Notes under the pieces: model-generated
The model's input: only the letters and a program-made list of their open reading frames with translations
Database searches by the model: none
Told to the model about the DNA's origin: nothing
In this document: positions 12,701 to 27,700 of the stretch, piece by piece
Numbering within the stretch: position 1 is the stretch's first letter
Layout: each line of letters begins with the position of its first letter
Made by a program: the position numbers and the translations under genes
Source: Callorhinchus milii
Lineage: Eukaryota
Assembly: GCF_018977255.1 (NCBI RefSeq)
Contig: NW_024704743.1
Span: 62,312,001 to 62,376,000 of the forward strand
Direction: 5' to 3'
DNA length: 64,000 bases

Positions 12701-15700
12701 CCTGTTAAATGAAGCTTTCACAAGGCTATTACAAGCTGTACTGTATTGCGAAAGTCCAAAAAACAGACTCACTGCAATGAGCTTCATAAAGAATACTTCT
12801 CTAGGACCTAGCCGTGGCTCCTAGGTCCAATAAAATAAATTAAAATCACGTTCAATTCCTGAAAGTGTGAAAGGCAAGACTTTATAATGAAAATAGCTTT
12901 TGGAATGTGATAATTTGAGTCAACCCTCTGAGCTGGTCTCGGTATTCCCGTTCCTGAGCCAGACGGCTGCACAGTTCTCCAGGTCACTGCTGATGTCACA
13001 CCAGCCAGCCTGGTTCATTGGCATGACTCAAGAGGGCAAACAACTGGGAGCAGAGATTTTTCCCACTCGGCTCCTATTAACTCTGCAAGCCACAGCACTA
13101 ATGGGTAGGGGGTCCTAGCTGGACAAACGCAGTGTTCTTAATGGTAAGCTATGCAATCGTAGCTAGTTAAATTCCAGCAGTACCACAATACAGATTCTGG
13201 GGCCCCAAGCTTTGGCTCTCATCAATCCTTCGCCGAGTAGTCTCTGGAATCAGGTAAAATGGGCGCGTCTCTCCAGGGAGAGCACGCATTCCATTCCAGA
13301 TAAAGGCAAATTTCCACATGTAAAATTCTTTCACTCTGGTTTCTACACTCTTAAATTGTGATGATAGGTTTTCCTATGTGTCAAGACACCTAGTTGACCG
13401 AAAAAAGTGGAAAACAACACTAGTTCAGTCATGATAAGCCAACGAGTTTGTTTTAGTGCTTTAATGTTTAATCCCATGATATGAATTCCTTACAGGGTGA
13501 AACCTTGGGCAAGTTTCCTTACTTCACAAGCCTGGTAATAATCCTTCAAAAAAAATAATAAATTTTTCACTCAATCCACAATTGTTTGTGGGACACTGCT
13601 GTGCGCAATTGGCTGCCGCGTTTCGCCCACAAATATATAGTCAATTCACTTTCCAGTCTATTCTGTGAAGCGCTTTGAGACATCTAGAAGACGTGAAAAG
13701 CGCTATATCAAATGCAAGGATTATTATTATTATTATTACAGTTCATCACCAGTTCATTCATACTCAATGAGAGAAATATTTGATTCAATTAAACTAATTA
13801 ACCCATTTTGAAACAATAAACATACATTTATCCTCATTGCACAATGCAAGTTTAAAATGAATGCCTGAATGCTGAATGATTTCTTCATAGTAACGATAAT
13901 CCATGCTTTGGATGTCGTGCAGTTCATGTCGGGAATAGGTCTGAAAGAGCTTCACTAGATTTAATGTAAAGTACAGTGACTGTATTTTATAGGCGAGTGT
14001 ACGTTCAGTCACCAGAACACAAAATACAGTATTTTTGAACCATCTTGTGGGTTACCATGATTAAAGATTCTGCTGCGATGCTCTCAATGAGCAATTTCTG
14101 GTGTATTATCAACTTCAGCACCACCTAACAATTAGTCGAGCAAGAAGCCAATAAATTAACACCTATGGTGATTCCATGCCTCACACATAACCATCATGAA
14201 ATATCTTGCTTATAAATATATTTTAAAATACATTTATTGACCCAGCATAAGTATAATAAATTAAATGAGCATTCGTTAATATAGCTCTACTATCAAAGAA
14301 CCGGGCTCCCAGTGGTCTTTCCATAAAGTTGAATTAAAACAGACCAGGAATCCCCAGGACAAGGACACAATGTTATGTGGTCGTTTTCAGATTACAGAAT
14401 AATAGGAGCATTTATTCTGCTTATTTTTATAGGCCCTTTTGGAGGATTTTGCATTAGATTGAAGAGGCTTATAAAAAACCTTTTTCATTTAGGTAACTTC
14501 AGAGTCAGGATTCCTCTCCTCACAGCAGCCAATTGTTCAGCCTAGGATTTGTTTTGAGTGATTGCCAGTTGAATAGCTGGTGCGCATTTAAATATGGAGC
14601 TGCTCAGTATCTTATGTGTGCAAAGGAGACTTTCTGCTGAAACAGCTACCCTGAAGGCTTCCTGTCTTTTGACCTTCCCGGGTGCCCTCGGTTTGGACAA
14701 GGTTCACACAGATGCCTGCCTAGATGACAGAGGCTGTAGAGAAATGCTCACTTTGACATTTTCTCACAGAAACGTGAAGCCAAACCTTCAAGTCATTTCA
14801 TCAATGACGAGGAAAGTTCTAACTGATAACGGGGAAAAAAAACAGCCGATTGATTAACATGACAAAAGATTCTTTTGTATCCAGCAAATTAATTATCATT
14901 CATTCCTCCACCCATCCCCCAACCACTGCATAGTCGACATTGATTTGAAGGAAATCAATTCATTGACTCTGCTTCAAACAAATGCACAGTGCACAGATTT
15001 TTTTTCCCCCAAAATTTTCTTTCTTTGAAGGTGGCGTCATGGTCAGGGACAGCTTCTCAGGTCTCTGTGCAATCTAACCCAACTAGCAATGCTCCTTCCA
15101 TAAACTGGGATAGTGAATGTTGTTGGGTTGCAGGACCGTTACAGTCATGACAGAGCCTGAGTGTGATTCTTTTCTCACTCAATGCTTACTTTCCAGCAGG
15201 CTCATCGAACAGCAATTAGGATCAACGACAATTTGCATTTATACAAGGAATTTCTCCCTGTGTCCTGACCAACAGGATACAGGGAGAAACAGTGAATTAC
15301 TATTTCCCCAAGTGAAAATAGTAATTCACTTCATAGCTGTTTGTGTGACATTGCTGTGTGCAAAATGACTGCTGTATTCGCCTACAAAATCCTCCGAACA
15401 TGAATGGCGGTAACTCAAATCCAAGGATTATTATATAGCACCCTTCACATAGAGTAATACATACAGAAATAGTGTCAGCCATTGAGCAGGGAGGACAGGG
15501 AAGGGGGAGGTGACCGTTGGTACAGTCAAAGTGGTACATTTTCAAGCAGCGTTTGAAGGGGGTAGAGCAGGGGTGAGACAGACATCATGCTGCTGCCTTC
15601 AGACACAATGGAGGAGTGCAGCATACGAAGATTAACTCGCCATGTTTTCCACTAAATCTTCAAATAAATATTTCCCATTTTAAAGATTTTATGATAAAGA

Positions 15701-18700
15701 TTCCTAGTTTTAGCCATCAGCATACATTAGACCCTGTTTCGGTGGTTTACTTGGCATCTGCAGAAACCATCAAATAATGCACAATGCTCTACAAAATAAC
15801 ATTTGCATAGTCCCAAGGCGCTGGACAGTCAGGGATGTGGACTCGAGCAGGGGGATTGGGATCAGGGATGGGGGAGGGCAAAACTGCCTTGGGAGGCATG
15901 TGCCAGCATTCCTCTTTTAGCTGCAGATGGGCTGAACGTTTGGTCCTCTACTACAAACCAGCATTACGGTCTTACTTCTTGAGTTTGATAGGGAGATGTA
16001 CAGGGGGCATAGGGGGCATAATCTTAAAAGTAGAATCAGGCCATTTATGAGTAAAATCGGGAAGCATTTTTGCACTCAAAGGGTGGTAGAAATCTGGAAT
16101 TCTCTCCCCCAAAAGGCCGTGGATGCTGGAACCATCCACACCTTCAAGAGTGAGGTTGATAGATTTTTAGTAGGTCAGGGTATTAAGGGATATGGGGAGA
16201 AAGCGGGAAATTTGAATTGAAAGGATTAGTTGAGGTACAGATCAGCCATGATCTAAATAAATGGCGGAACAGGCTCGAAGAGCCTATTCTTATTCCTATG
16301 TTCCTGCATGGGTTTTCTTGCTCAAACAGCAACTAAGCAACTTAAAAAAAAGAGTTTCTTCCGACAGCAAGGTGTCAATGGGAATTATGGGTTTTCAGTA
16401 TCCTTTTTGAAACCTGACGGCAAGTATCTAAAACTATAGACATTGTTTTAAGTATTGGTTTTCTGACCCCTTGTCTTTGGGGAATTTCATCAGAAGTAAG
16501 GGAAAGATCCATTTGACAGAAAATAACATTGGGAGTCACAGATTATGGATTTCAAATTACCAGACGTGTAGCTGATTGCTTGCTAAGGAATCCACTGCAC
16601 AATATAAACAGGGGAGGTTACCCTGCATGGAAAGCTTAGGATATGACAGAACCACATCTGCTAGCAGTGGTTTCTGTGACATACACGCAGCATTTAACTT
16701 TATGAAAAGTCTGGGCAGCAAAGAGATGACAGACGTTATCACACAAGCAATCAGCCCTGAAAGTGACTTGAGTCAACAAATGGCACATTGTGAATTAAAT
16801 ATCCAAATCTTGGTGTATCTGGGAGTCACAGGATGACGAATAGGAAAAAAAACATATGAAACAGCTTATGAATTTCAAAGCGTGCACTAGAGCATTAAAA
16901 GGAAAAAATAGAGGTCTCAGAAGGTCATCAGTTCTATTTGTTGCATTGAAATGTAAATCTTTCTAATTGCCATGTAATTTTTATGGGTGGTGGAAATTAG
17001 TTCGGCTGACACCTCAATTCTTCACACTTTGGCAGCCTCTGAGCACAGCATAATATCACAACAATTTTGCATTAACAGACGTTTGCTTTCGGAGTAAATT
17101 AATTGGAAGCAAATATTCTGTGTAATATTTGCTTGAATTATTAAAGAAGCCAATCATGCTTATGTGCCACAAAGCATGCATTACGATGTCAGTGACAGAG
17201 TGTTGGGAATGTGAAGAAATGGTGGCAACTAAAGAAAGTTTGATCTCCAATACATTGCCATAGTAATAAAATAATAGAAAAAGCAATTATTTTTCCTTAA
17301 TAACCTCATCTTGATAAATTGGTAACAGTTATAAACTCGAGCTAAAAGGGAGGTAAGAGGAAACTTTCATTCAAAGGGATTAGTGCTTTGTTACGAGGCT
17401 GACAGTATAGCTGCACTTAAAAGGGAACTGGAAAGGCATTAGAAGAGAAAGAATCTAAAAGGTAGAGGTTACAGAAAATAGTGGGGAATCAGGATTAGGT
17501 TAGCTACACAGAAAAAAGCTTCTTCCGATGTCCCGGCCATCAATGACCCAGTTAAATTTTGCCATTCATTTCATGGCTTATCAGAAATTGCTATGTGCAA
17601 ATTGATAATCGCATTTGCCTACAAAATACATAGTCACTAAACCTTATAATAAATCCTATGAAGCACTTTGAGATGTTTCCCGACATGAAAGTTGCTAAAT
17701 CGAATGCAAGGATGATGATCCAGTTCAGTTCAACTCAATAGATCGAATGTTTCCTCCAATGCTGTAATGTCATCAACTCACTAATGATGTGCAGGTACAT
17801 ACCGTGTTGCAGCCTGGGCAGTCTTTCCCATTCCGGCAGGTTCGGCGCCTCGCCTGAACACCTCCCCCACACTGCGATGTGCAACGTTCCCATGAACCCC
17901 AAGGAGACCAGAACGTATGAGCGGGACATTGCAGATGCTCATTGCAATACCTGGAATGTAAACAAGGTCAATAGCACACAAGCCACACTGTGGTTTCACT
18001 GCATTGTATTGCATTAGAGCGTTAGGTTTCAATTAGCAAAACATTTTTATTTTGTTTTTGCAAGAGCATTGCCATATTTCTACAAATGTTCATCTTGTGA
18101 CAAAAAAGTACTATCAAGGATCCTTATTAACATAGGTTATAAGGCTCACATACAGAAATGTTGATAAGAACTTTCTTACTGGAGTGCACAACTCCATTCA
18201 TAAATGTGACCTGATAATGAACCGCCCACGACATAATAACATCAAAAGCACTGCATGGCGACAATAGCCCCGAAATACCAATGAAGAATGTTTTGCAATG
18301 AATGAAGGAGCTCGGATTTCATTATTACTGAGAATACAGGCCTCTTTCACTTCAGCATTCGAAAATATTGGACTGTAACCTTGGCTGGCCTTGCAGTTAA
18401 GCTATTGCCTACCGCTGTGCCTGACACAGCCTAAGTAGGGATATCTGATTGAATACAGTGGTGGCGTGATAATCAAATGAACTTTTGAAGAGAAATTCTG
18501 CTGAATTAACATGGCGGGAGCATTGAGACAAATTTTCTCACTGAACATCACAACACGACATACAATGATAGCGTTGAACTGTGAAGGCTCCTGATTTATA
18601 AAACTTGGGATTCAACAAATCACCGTACAACTGGAGTGTAACCATGTGTAAGTGCCTTCGCTTTTATGTCATGCAAATAAAGTTTATTCACTCATGTTCT

Positions 18701-21700
18701 TTTGTTTATTTTCAGTTGTTTTTAATGTTTTCTCTCGTATTCCCTCTTCCCCATCCCTTGCACCATGTCCAGGGGCGGGGAGGGGGGGGGGAAGTAGAGT
18801 GACAGACAGGACATAAGCTCCCCATAACACTCTGGAACTACCGTGGAAGGCGGTCTGGAGCTATTGATGCCTTGCTTCCATTGTGCCCTAATGCACAACT
18901 TTGGGATTTTAGCCTGTGGAAACCACACGTAAACCAGAATCATATGTATGCCACTAGTTTTGTTTTCTTAAACATTAAAATCAGAAGCAAGAAATCGCAG
19001 AGAAGATTTCTCCTCTGTCTTTGCTTCCCCCAAATAAACAAACATTTGAAGAGGAAGAACATAAGAGTCAGGGGAATGAGCAGGGGATTGGGGTTTTAGT
19101 AGCTAGCTGCCATGAATGAGCTGACACCAGCAGAGGCTCAATAGATCAAGTCCTAGGCTATAATTACTACAATTCTATGATCCTCCTAAAATCTGCAGAC
19201 TTTCAATATTCATTCTTTCATGCTTGGCGCCACCTAACCATTATTCTTCAATTTGCTTCACAGTATAGAATATACGTTGGAACGTTACACCTGATCGTAT
19301 TATTCACGTCATACAAACATACATAAGTCATATACAATTCCCATTGACTCTATCACCAAATACTAGGCAGGTATTCTACAACCCCTTCTGCACAACTGCA
19401 TCTGAATATCACCTCTAGTTAATAAATGGAGCTGCAGTAGCCTCTGACAATGATCGTCCCCCTCTCCCTGCTTGATCTTATGGCCCACACACTACATGGC
19501 AACACAGAGCACCCACTCAGCCATGAAAATCAGAATTTTAACGGCACTCATGTTACAGTGGGAGCAATGACATACAAAAAAAAACTTAAGAGCTGATATT
19601 TACCAGCTGTATAACATACACGACATAGAACAAGGACTATTACCCCTGGACCTTGGCAGACCCCTCTTCTCGAATTGGCCCATGGGGCCTCAGTGCTGTG
19701 TAAACTCTGCCGTCTGCTGTGGCTCAGGTTTTGTTAACTTGCCAGGCAGCTGCACGCAAAGGCTGCCTTGCTCCTGCTAATCATATCCATCTGACACAGG
19801 AAAAGTAGACCAGCCAAGGGGCTCACAGTGTAGAATAATCACACACTGCAGATGTAGCCTTTTCTGTAAAATCATGAATTCCCTCCTCACAAATATTGTC
19901 CAGTACATCAGAGACAATTCCAAATGACTCTTGTAAAAGAAATGCATGGTTTACAGAAAAAAAACATAAAACCTTATTTTTTTAAATATACAAAATCTAC
20001 CAAGCTGCTGAGCAAGCATTTTGAACAATGGACACAGGTTTAGCTTCATTTTCAAAATATCCTTGGAAGTTCCAAAAACATCAGTATGTTTTTTCAGCTA
20101 AGATCTATCACTGAATAAACCTGAATCTTGCGCTAAAGCAATGGGCAAGGGCCAAGTTTCCTGGTTCTACTGGCAGTGCTTCAAGCTAGATGGCAATGCG
20201 GTCTTCCCTTGGGCCTAATCCTCTCCATCATGTGCCCAGTGAAATAACCTTGTGTGAAATCTGTCAAAGGGCTAGTGTTTCAGCTGGTGTTTGAATTGTG
20301 ATTAAATTCACCGGCCAACCCTAGCAAGCTAAACAGAAAAACAATGCCAAATCCAAAACAGGAAGAGTGAACGCTAGTGCTTTTTTTTTACAAAAAGAGA
20401 AATTAAAAAGATGTCAGTTATATATCAGCACTATAATAATAATCCTTGCATTTGATAAAGCGCCTCATCAGGTCTTCGAGACGTCTCAAAGCGCTTCACA
20501 GAATATACTGTAAAATGAATTGACTGTATATTTCGTGGGCGAAATTGCACAAATGAGTGAGTCATCCCTACACAGCGCTCTGAAGCTGTACTCACTTGGA
20601 GTGGCTTGCAGTCAGTTTTCCAGGAGAAAACCACCTAATTTTAGCAGTTTGGGCCATCTGAGTGGAGGCAGCAGTTCACCTTGCCTGTTGTCATTTGATG
20701 GTTGTTGAGTTACTGACACTTTAACAAGTGTCAGCCTGGCTCAGAGACTTGCACTCTTGCCTCTGAGTCAGAAATTGTGACTTCAAGTTCCACTTCAGGC
20801 TTCAATTCAAAAGAACTTGAATAGAAGAGTTTGACTGCAGCAATTCACACATGGGAAAATTGCCCAAGATTATACAATTACAAATGTGTTTGCATCTTTA
20901 TCAGGTGAAACTTCATCCCTACTTATCTACTTTTCCATATTGGGTTTTTAATCCATAGATGTTATAGTTGTATTAAACAGTGCAGCACAACCTGCACACA
21001 CTATATAATTCTAATAAATCTTTAGCAGGCTTATTACTCAGTACATCTTATCACTAACACATACTCTACAAACAGTTACTGATTCAGCCACCCATCTTCA
21101 CTAAAGCCTATTTAGGACTAATCTGCTAAAAGAGCATGATCTGGTGTCAGTGTTTTACCCTACATTAATCATAGCTCCACTTAGCCTTGTGATCCGGACT
21201 CATCGGTTTATTTGTAACACTATTAACTCTTTTTAAAATAAAATTATGCATTGTTTATAATCACCTGAATGGTCTGCTTTTTTTTAAAAAAAGGCTTATT
21301 TCAGTATCATGTGTGCAAGCCTTTCACAACTCCATAGAGATTTCAGTACCGAGACAACAGGGGCCAAAACCTGTAACCCAAGATCTAGTTTTGTGTGGGT
21401 TCATGATGGACACCAGCACTGCTTAGCTTCCTCAGCTCATTGACAGCTCATTAACAAATCATTGTCAGCCGCACAAGAGGGAAGGGATGAGATGTCCCAC
21501 AAAGTCCAGCACAAAGAACATTTTTAAACACCTGGGGAATGGGTGGAGAAATTCCACCTGGATCACGATTTACTCTACTTTTGTAGCATTTCAAAGCACT
21601 TAAAATTTTGCAACTTCTCAAAATACGGTCTTTTAAAACCAGTTTTCTTTAAGTTTCTTTGTAATAACTGCAGAAATCCAGCTTCAAAGTTAAGACTGAA

Positions 21701-24700
21701 TTTGACAATGTGCCAAATTCTGGAGGCTCTAAAATGCTATATAAATAGAATAAATCTGGACCTCTGTGTGATTCCTCCCCCAGTGCTATGTAGTGCATTT
21801 AATCTTCAACGGGATCTAATTTGCCAGGCTTCCAGAGTAGGCTTTCTGTAGGTCCAACAGGAAATCAAATGTGCTAAAATATTACACATTAGTCACCAAT
21901 ACACATTGGTTCAAGTGTATTGACTGTTAAGCGCTCTGAGACGCTACCCTGCATGGAGAGCCCTATATAAGTGCAAGTTGTTGTTCACAGTACACAGGTG
22001 AGCATTGGAGAAGTGCTCCACTACCTCCCTATAACAACTGGAACCAGCACTAAATCCATGATATCACAATGTCATTACATGAAACTCCTCAATCTACTTA
22101 CTTGAGCCTGATCCCTTCAGGCTGCTAGACGTCTGACAGTAAGCAGATTTAAGCAGTGAAGCCTAGTTTAGCAAGATTCAGACACTAGATTCTTCAGTCT
22201 CCATCAAAAGTAAGAAAGCCAATGTGTATTTATTTAATTCCCTCTTAAAGGTTAACAGGGCACTCCACATCCTAACATCACTCTGTGTACAACAATTCTC
22301 CTGAACTCTCCTTTAATTCTTTTGGTAATTACCTTAAAACTATACCCTTTAGATATTGACTCACTGAGCACTGGAAATAATTTCGCTCTGCTAACTTTAT
22401 CAAAACCCCACATAATTTTGAGGAGGCAAGGTGAAGGGACTGAGGCAGATTGAGAGTGCCACAGTTCAGGCTATTGTGGCTGAGAGCATGGCTGCTGATG
22501 GTGGAGTGGAGAGGACGAGGGATGTGCAGGAGGCCAGAGCCAGCTGAAGAAAGGGGGTGGGTAGTGCAAGTGCTGCTTTGATTTTAGCTAATTATTTGGG
22601 GAGGATAAGTTTGCAGGGCTATGGGGAGAGCGTGGGGGACTGGAATTGAATTGGATAGCTCTTTTCAAAGAGCAGGCACAGGCACGATACGCCGAATGGC
22701 CTCCTTCTGTGGTGTATAATTATATGATTCTATGAAGTGTGAGCAGGAAGCAGAAAAATAACCCCAGAATCTCTTTCTTCATAATCTCCTCTGCACCCTT
22801 CCTGTATTGAGGTGCCCAGAATTGGACGCAGTACAACAACTGCAGGCTAGCCGATGACTTATTCAGACCTAGCATTACCTATTTGCTTTTATATTCTATG
22901 ATCCAATTTATAAACCATATAAACCTGTTGTGCAGCTTTATCAACTTGCCATCCCTACTTTAAAGATTTGTCTATATTAACTAGTCTGTACTTCTGCTCT
23001 CGCACACTTCAGTGGTTGCTATGTAAAATAAAATGGTCACACTGATGCAGTGCAGGATACACTCTCCACAAAGATACATTGTAATTGGTGCAATGTAGCG
23101 AGAGAGAACTTATTGCAATTTTAGACAAATTTATATAACAAATTTAAATTACAATCTTTCTAAGAGGTTAGACTATGCCCTTCCTCCAATAGGCAGATTG
23201 ATAAGGGCAGGAGTATCATACTTACAAATATCTGATATAGGAATATTTGATGTTAACTGATATCTGAATAGAAATGGGATATTCCTTTTAGAAATGGATA
23301 GTCATCTGTTTAGTTTGTCCCCGACCTACTTTACCATCCATTATTTGCTACATTGGCATACAAATCACACAGTTACTCCACTTTACAGTATATCCTGTAA
23401 AGCACTTTGGGGCATAGTGTAAAGTGAAGTGACGTGAAATGTGCTTTACCAAATGTAAGGATTATTATTATTACTACATTAGGCTGACTCTTGCTACAGC
23501 AAAGTATACCAAATACCTGTCAAATCTTTTACACTCTGAGCAACACTAAATGTAGTTCTGTGTATATCAATGTAAACCACCTTACTTTTTTCTCTCTTCT
23601 CTGAATCTGCAGCCTCATTCTACAGTATATTGTTCAATTCCAATAAATATAACCTTATTCATTTTTTGCAAACTTTGATCATTTTTTTTTCAGAATGATA
23701 GAAAGATATAACGCAGTTAGGGATAAAATATTTGGGCCAAATATTCTTTGATATTTTTGTATGTTTTTAGCTTTAATGATCAATGGTTTTACTGGGAAAT
23801 GTGTCTTACCTTAAATGCCCTAAAGGACTGTAATTAGATATACAATGCACATTATTATACATTACTGTGCACAGCTAGAGCTCACATTCCACATTTAAAA
23901 TTAATTAAATTTAATTGAAGAAATCTTGTAAACAAAGCATGGAATTATTAACTATCAAATCAATTTAAAATAAATATGCATTGTAAAATATACCTTTAGG
24001 TTCAAGTTAGTGAACAGATCAAGTCAGTGAATGTGAGTTTGAGTTAAATGAGGATTACAGTTTTACTTCATCAACTACTGGGATTAGGACACATGAGTAG
24101 GCAGAGGATCAATGTCAGAGAATGCTAAACTATTCCTTTAAAAATACTACTATTTTGCAAATTCCAGCAGCATTACACACCATTGTTTTTACTTCCCTGT
24201 TAGTAGTAGGACTTTGCATAATAAGTGATTTGCAAATTACTCAAAGCAATCAACCTCTCCTATAACCAATCCTAATAATATCAATCTTTCCTCTAACCAA
24301 TGTAAGCAATATACCATTTTGCTTCTCTCCTGCTTCACCTACATTACACCGCACGATTCATGATGGTGTATTTACCCATTGAGCTATCAGGGTAACCTAA
24401 AAGTATTTCTTCCCTCCCTTTGTCTTCTGAAGATACTGATTCATGCAGGTGTACATTTCTATGGGCACTGCTGCCTCTGGAACCTGGTTAGTAGTTCCCC
24501 TCCATAACCCAGGGCTATTGAAGCCAAACCCAGCATATCTTCTAGAGTTTGAGTTGAGATCAACTAACATAGTCCAGATGAGGGATCAAAATAGGACTTC
24601 CTCATCTGTTTGTCTCAGTTTCACAACATAAATTTATGACTGAGTCATCAGAAGAGTCATTTGAAGACTTTGTATTCCAATTTTGATCAGATTTGGCTGC

Positions 24701-27700
24701 ACAGAAGGCATTATCCCTTTGATAATGTAATGTCCGGTGACGTTTTTAAAAGGATATCAATGATCTTGGATCTGCTGATGGTTAGCATGATTTACCACAG
24801 TCAGTAAAAAAAATCTCAATCATTTTCAATTTAGTCAGAATAGTTTCCTATTCATAGACATGAGATCTGACACTATTATCTCTAAATGTGAGGTAATGAT
24901 GGAACCATAAAAGAAAGAGAAAACTATAACTAAATATCATTGGATCCGTTTTTTCCATCAGTAACATTTAATGGATTTTCAGATTTTTCTCCCAAATTCT
25001 TAGACAAGATGAGGTTAGACTAGACTGAAATGGATTTTATGCCCGTTCATAGAAAGATTACCTACTTCTTGCAGTGCACTGTTTGAATCAATAAACATTA
25101 AACTCCCAAATACCCTTCCATGGCACAATGATAATTTTCTTTCTTTCAATGTCTCACATGTAAAATACCTTCATGTCTCTCGCAACTCTCACCAGCATTT
25201 GCCACCTCCCCCTTACCTTTGATATCTCTGTTCTAAATTTTTGCTAGCTATCAAAAATTGTGGGTCTCACTATCGCCACCAGTTTCAGGTAGAGTTTTCA
25301 AACCTCCTCATTGCTGAAACAAAATGTTTTGTTTTCTATTTCACACCAAGTATTTATTTCACTTCAATAATAATAATAATAATCCTGCATTGCATATAGT
25401 GCCTTATCATGTCTTTGGACGTCTCAAAGCACTTCACAGAATAGACTGTAAAGTGAATTGACTGTATATTTGTGGGCGAAACGCGGCAGCCAATTGCGCA
25501 CAGCAGTGTCCCACAAACAGTCATGAATTGAGTGACCAAATTATTATTATTATTATTTTTTGTTGAAGGGATCATTACCCCCGGAAAAGCTATCCGCCAA
25601 TCGATTAACAACCTGGTTCCTACTTACTGTTAAGAAAACGGAGGCATGTGGAGTGAGGACACATGCCTAACTCCTGCCCAGGAATCGAACCCAGGTCCTC
25701 TCGCTTGTAAGGTGAGTGATCTAACCACTGAGCTACAGGACTCTACATGAGGTCAAATTTACAGTCCACGCAATATTTACCATATCAAATAGCCAAAGGA
25801 GGTCCGTAACCTGTCATGTTTTGAATGGTAAAGTTCTATGGCATTAGTAATCTGGATTGTGATCTTCCTGGTTTACAGGAATTGGCTTTTTAATGGGCAA
25901 AAAAGCTAGGAAAAAGATAAAGGTCACAATCCAGATATCTAGCTTGGGGACATTGGGGCATTGGCGGGTGGGGGTGCTGGGGGTGGTTCTGCCCTATTTA
26001 AATAAGATAACTGTAACATGAAATGCAAATTTGAGATTTCTTAACTCTTAATAAAACCTAAATTTGTCCAGCATTGAAATAATCCTGACATTCAAATATG
26101 AGGTGGATCTTTTAAAACATTGATTTCTGAATCGACTAGAAGGAACTATTTGTCGTCTAATTTGTGATGCCTTCCCCCTCCCTGGCCTCAATATAACCTT
26201 GATGGGTTTTAGTTTAGCAGTGCTACGGTGGCTAATGAGTTTCTGATTTTTCCTCTCCTTGTCATTTCATTCAAATAAGACTTCCCTCAATTCCTTCCTG
26301 CTCCTGCATTCTCTCTGCTGTAATCCAAATTTATTGCATTGTCTCCTCTAATTCATTCTTAACCAGGATCTCAAGAGAGAAACTTCTTATTCCCTATTTG
26401 CTTCTGAGAATCTACAGACTTTTTCTCTGCTACTCTTTTCAACCATGGTAGTGTGAATATGCGACTTGGACCTATGACCTACTTCCTCAATAAATCTGAC
26501 TTTGCATGGTTCAGCTATAACAGCAATGAGTTGGTAGATGACTGAGTGAAGATCAGCAACTTGGTTAAGTTTGATTTAAAGTGAGTACTAAAGGACTGTC
26601 ATTGAAGTCGCACCAGAATTAATAACTACAGTGTAATGTACCCATTGCACCACTGTGTCCTTCTCAAGCTAGTTTATTTTCTTAGAATTATTTTATCACA
26701 GAACTCAGCCAAAACAGTCATGACTTGAACAGCAAGCTAAAATTTGACCCGAGACTAAATGGATCCCTACAGAGCTGTCCATCTTATAGTACACAGATCA
26801 GCAACTTTCATCTTTCTGCTCAGTTAAGAGACACTAGTACATACCTCTCTTCGCGATTCTGTCCCACACAGACCCGTCCACCGTGCCGAGGCGTCGGGTT
26901 ACTGCAAGAACGTTGTCGGACTTGAAATCCTATTCCACAACTTGTGCTACAGGGAGACCATAGTGTCCAAGGTGTCCAACCTCCATTCCTATTGAAACAT
27001 TGTGTTTTAATGCTTTGTTTTTAGCCTTTTGATGTAAAATTAAACAATAGCGAACAATATTATTTACGAACAATAAACACGAACAAAAAGACCTGTGTGA
27101 TCAGTGCCGCAATGCGCAAAACAAAAAATTTGAATGGGATTTCTTAGATCACGCATGGGCACAAGGAAATGAAGAAGCTGGGAGAAATGTATTTGAATCT
27201 CGAAAATGATATGTGATCCGTACTTAGTAATGCTCCTAACCGTTGCTACATCTAATGGTAAGAGAAATTTTGCACCCGAGAGAGTTTTGTACAAATGAAT
27301 AGCAATTAAAGTGGGTTCAATTATGAAGTGCCTTGAAGAATGATGGCTTTTTCACCAGAGCTGAGAGGTTGAGGGGTTACTTGACCTGACCTGGTAGAGG
27401 TTTTCAAGGTTGTGAATGGTTCTGATGGGATAAATTGTAATAAGGTTATTTCCACTAGTCAGTCAGTGAGTCAGAGCAGAAATTTCACCCTTCACGTCAG
27501 GAGGACGTCTCAAAGATAATCACAACCAGAATAAGAGCGGAAGCTGGGGAGAGGGAGAGAAATATTCACACAGCGAGTGGTAGGAATTTGGAATTCTCTG
27601 CCACAAAACATAATTGAAGCAGAACCCGTAAACGCTTTTAAAAAGGCATTTATGTTGATGCTTGGATAAGGGTGTGGGAAACGAAAGGAGAGTGAGTGGC

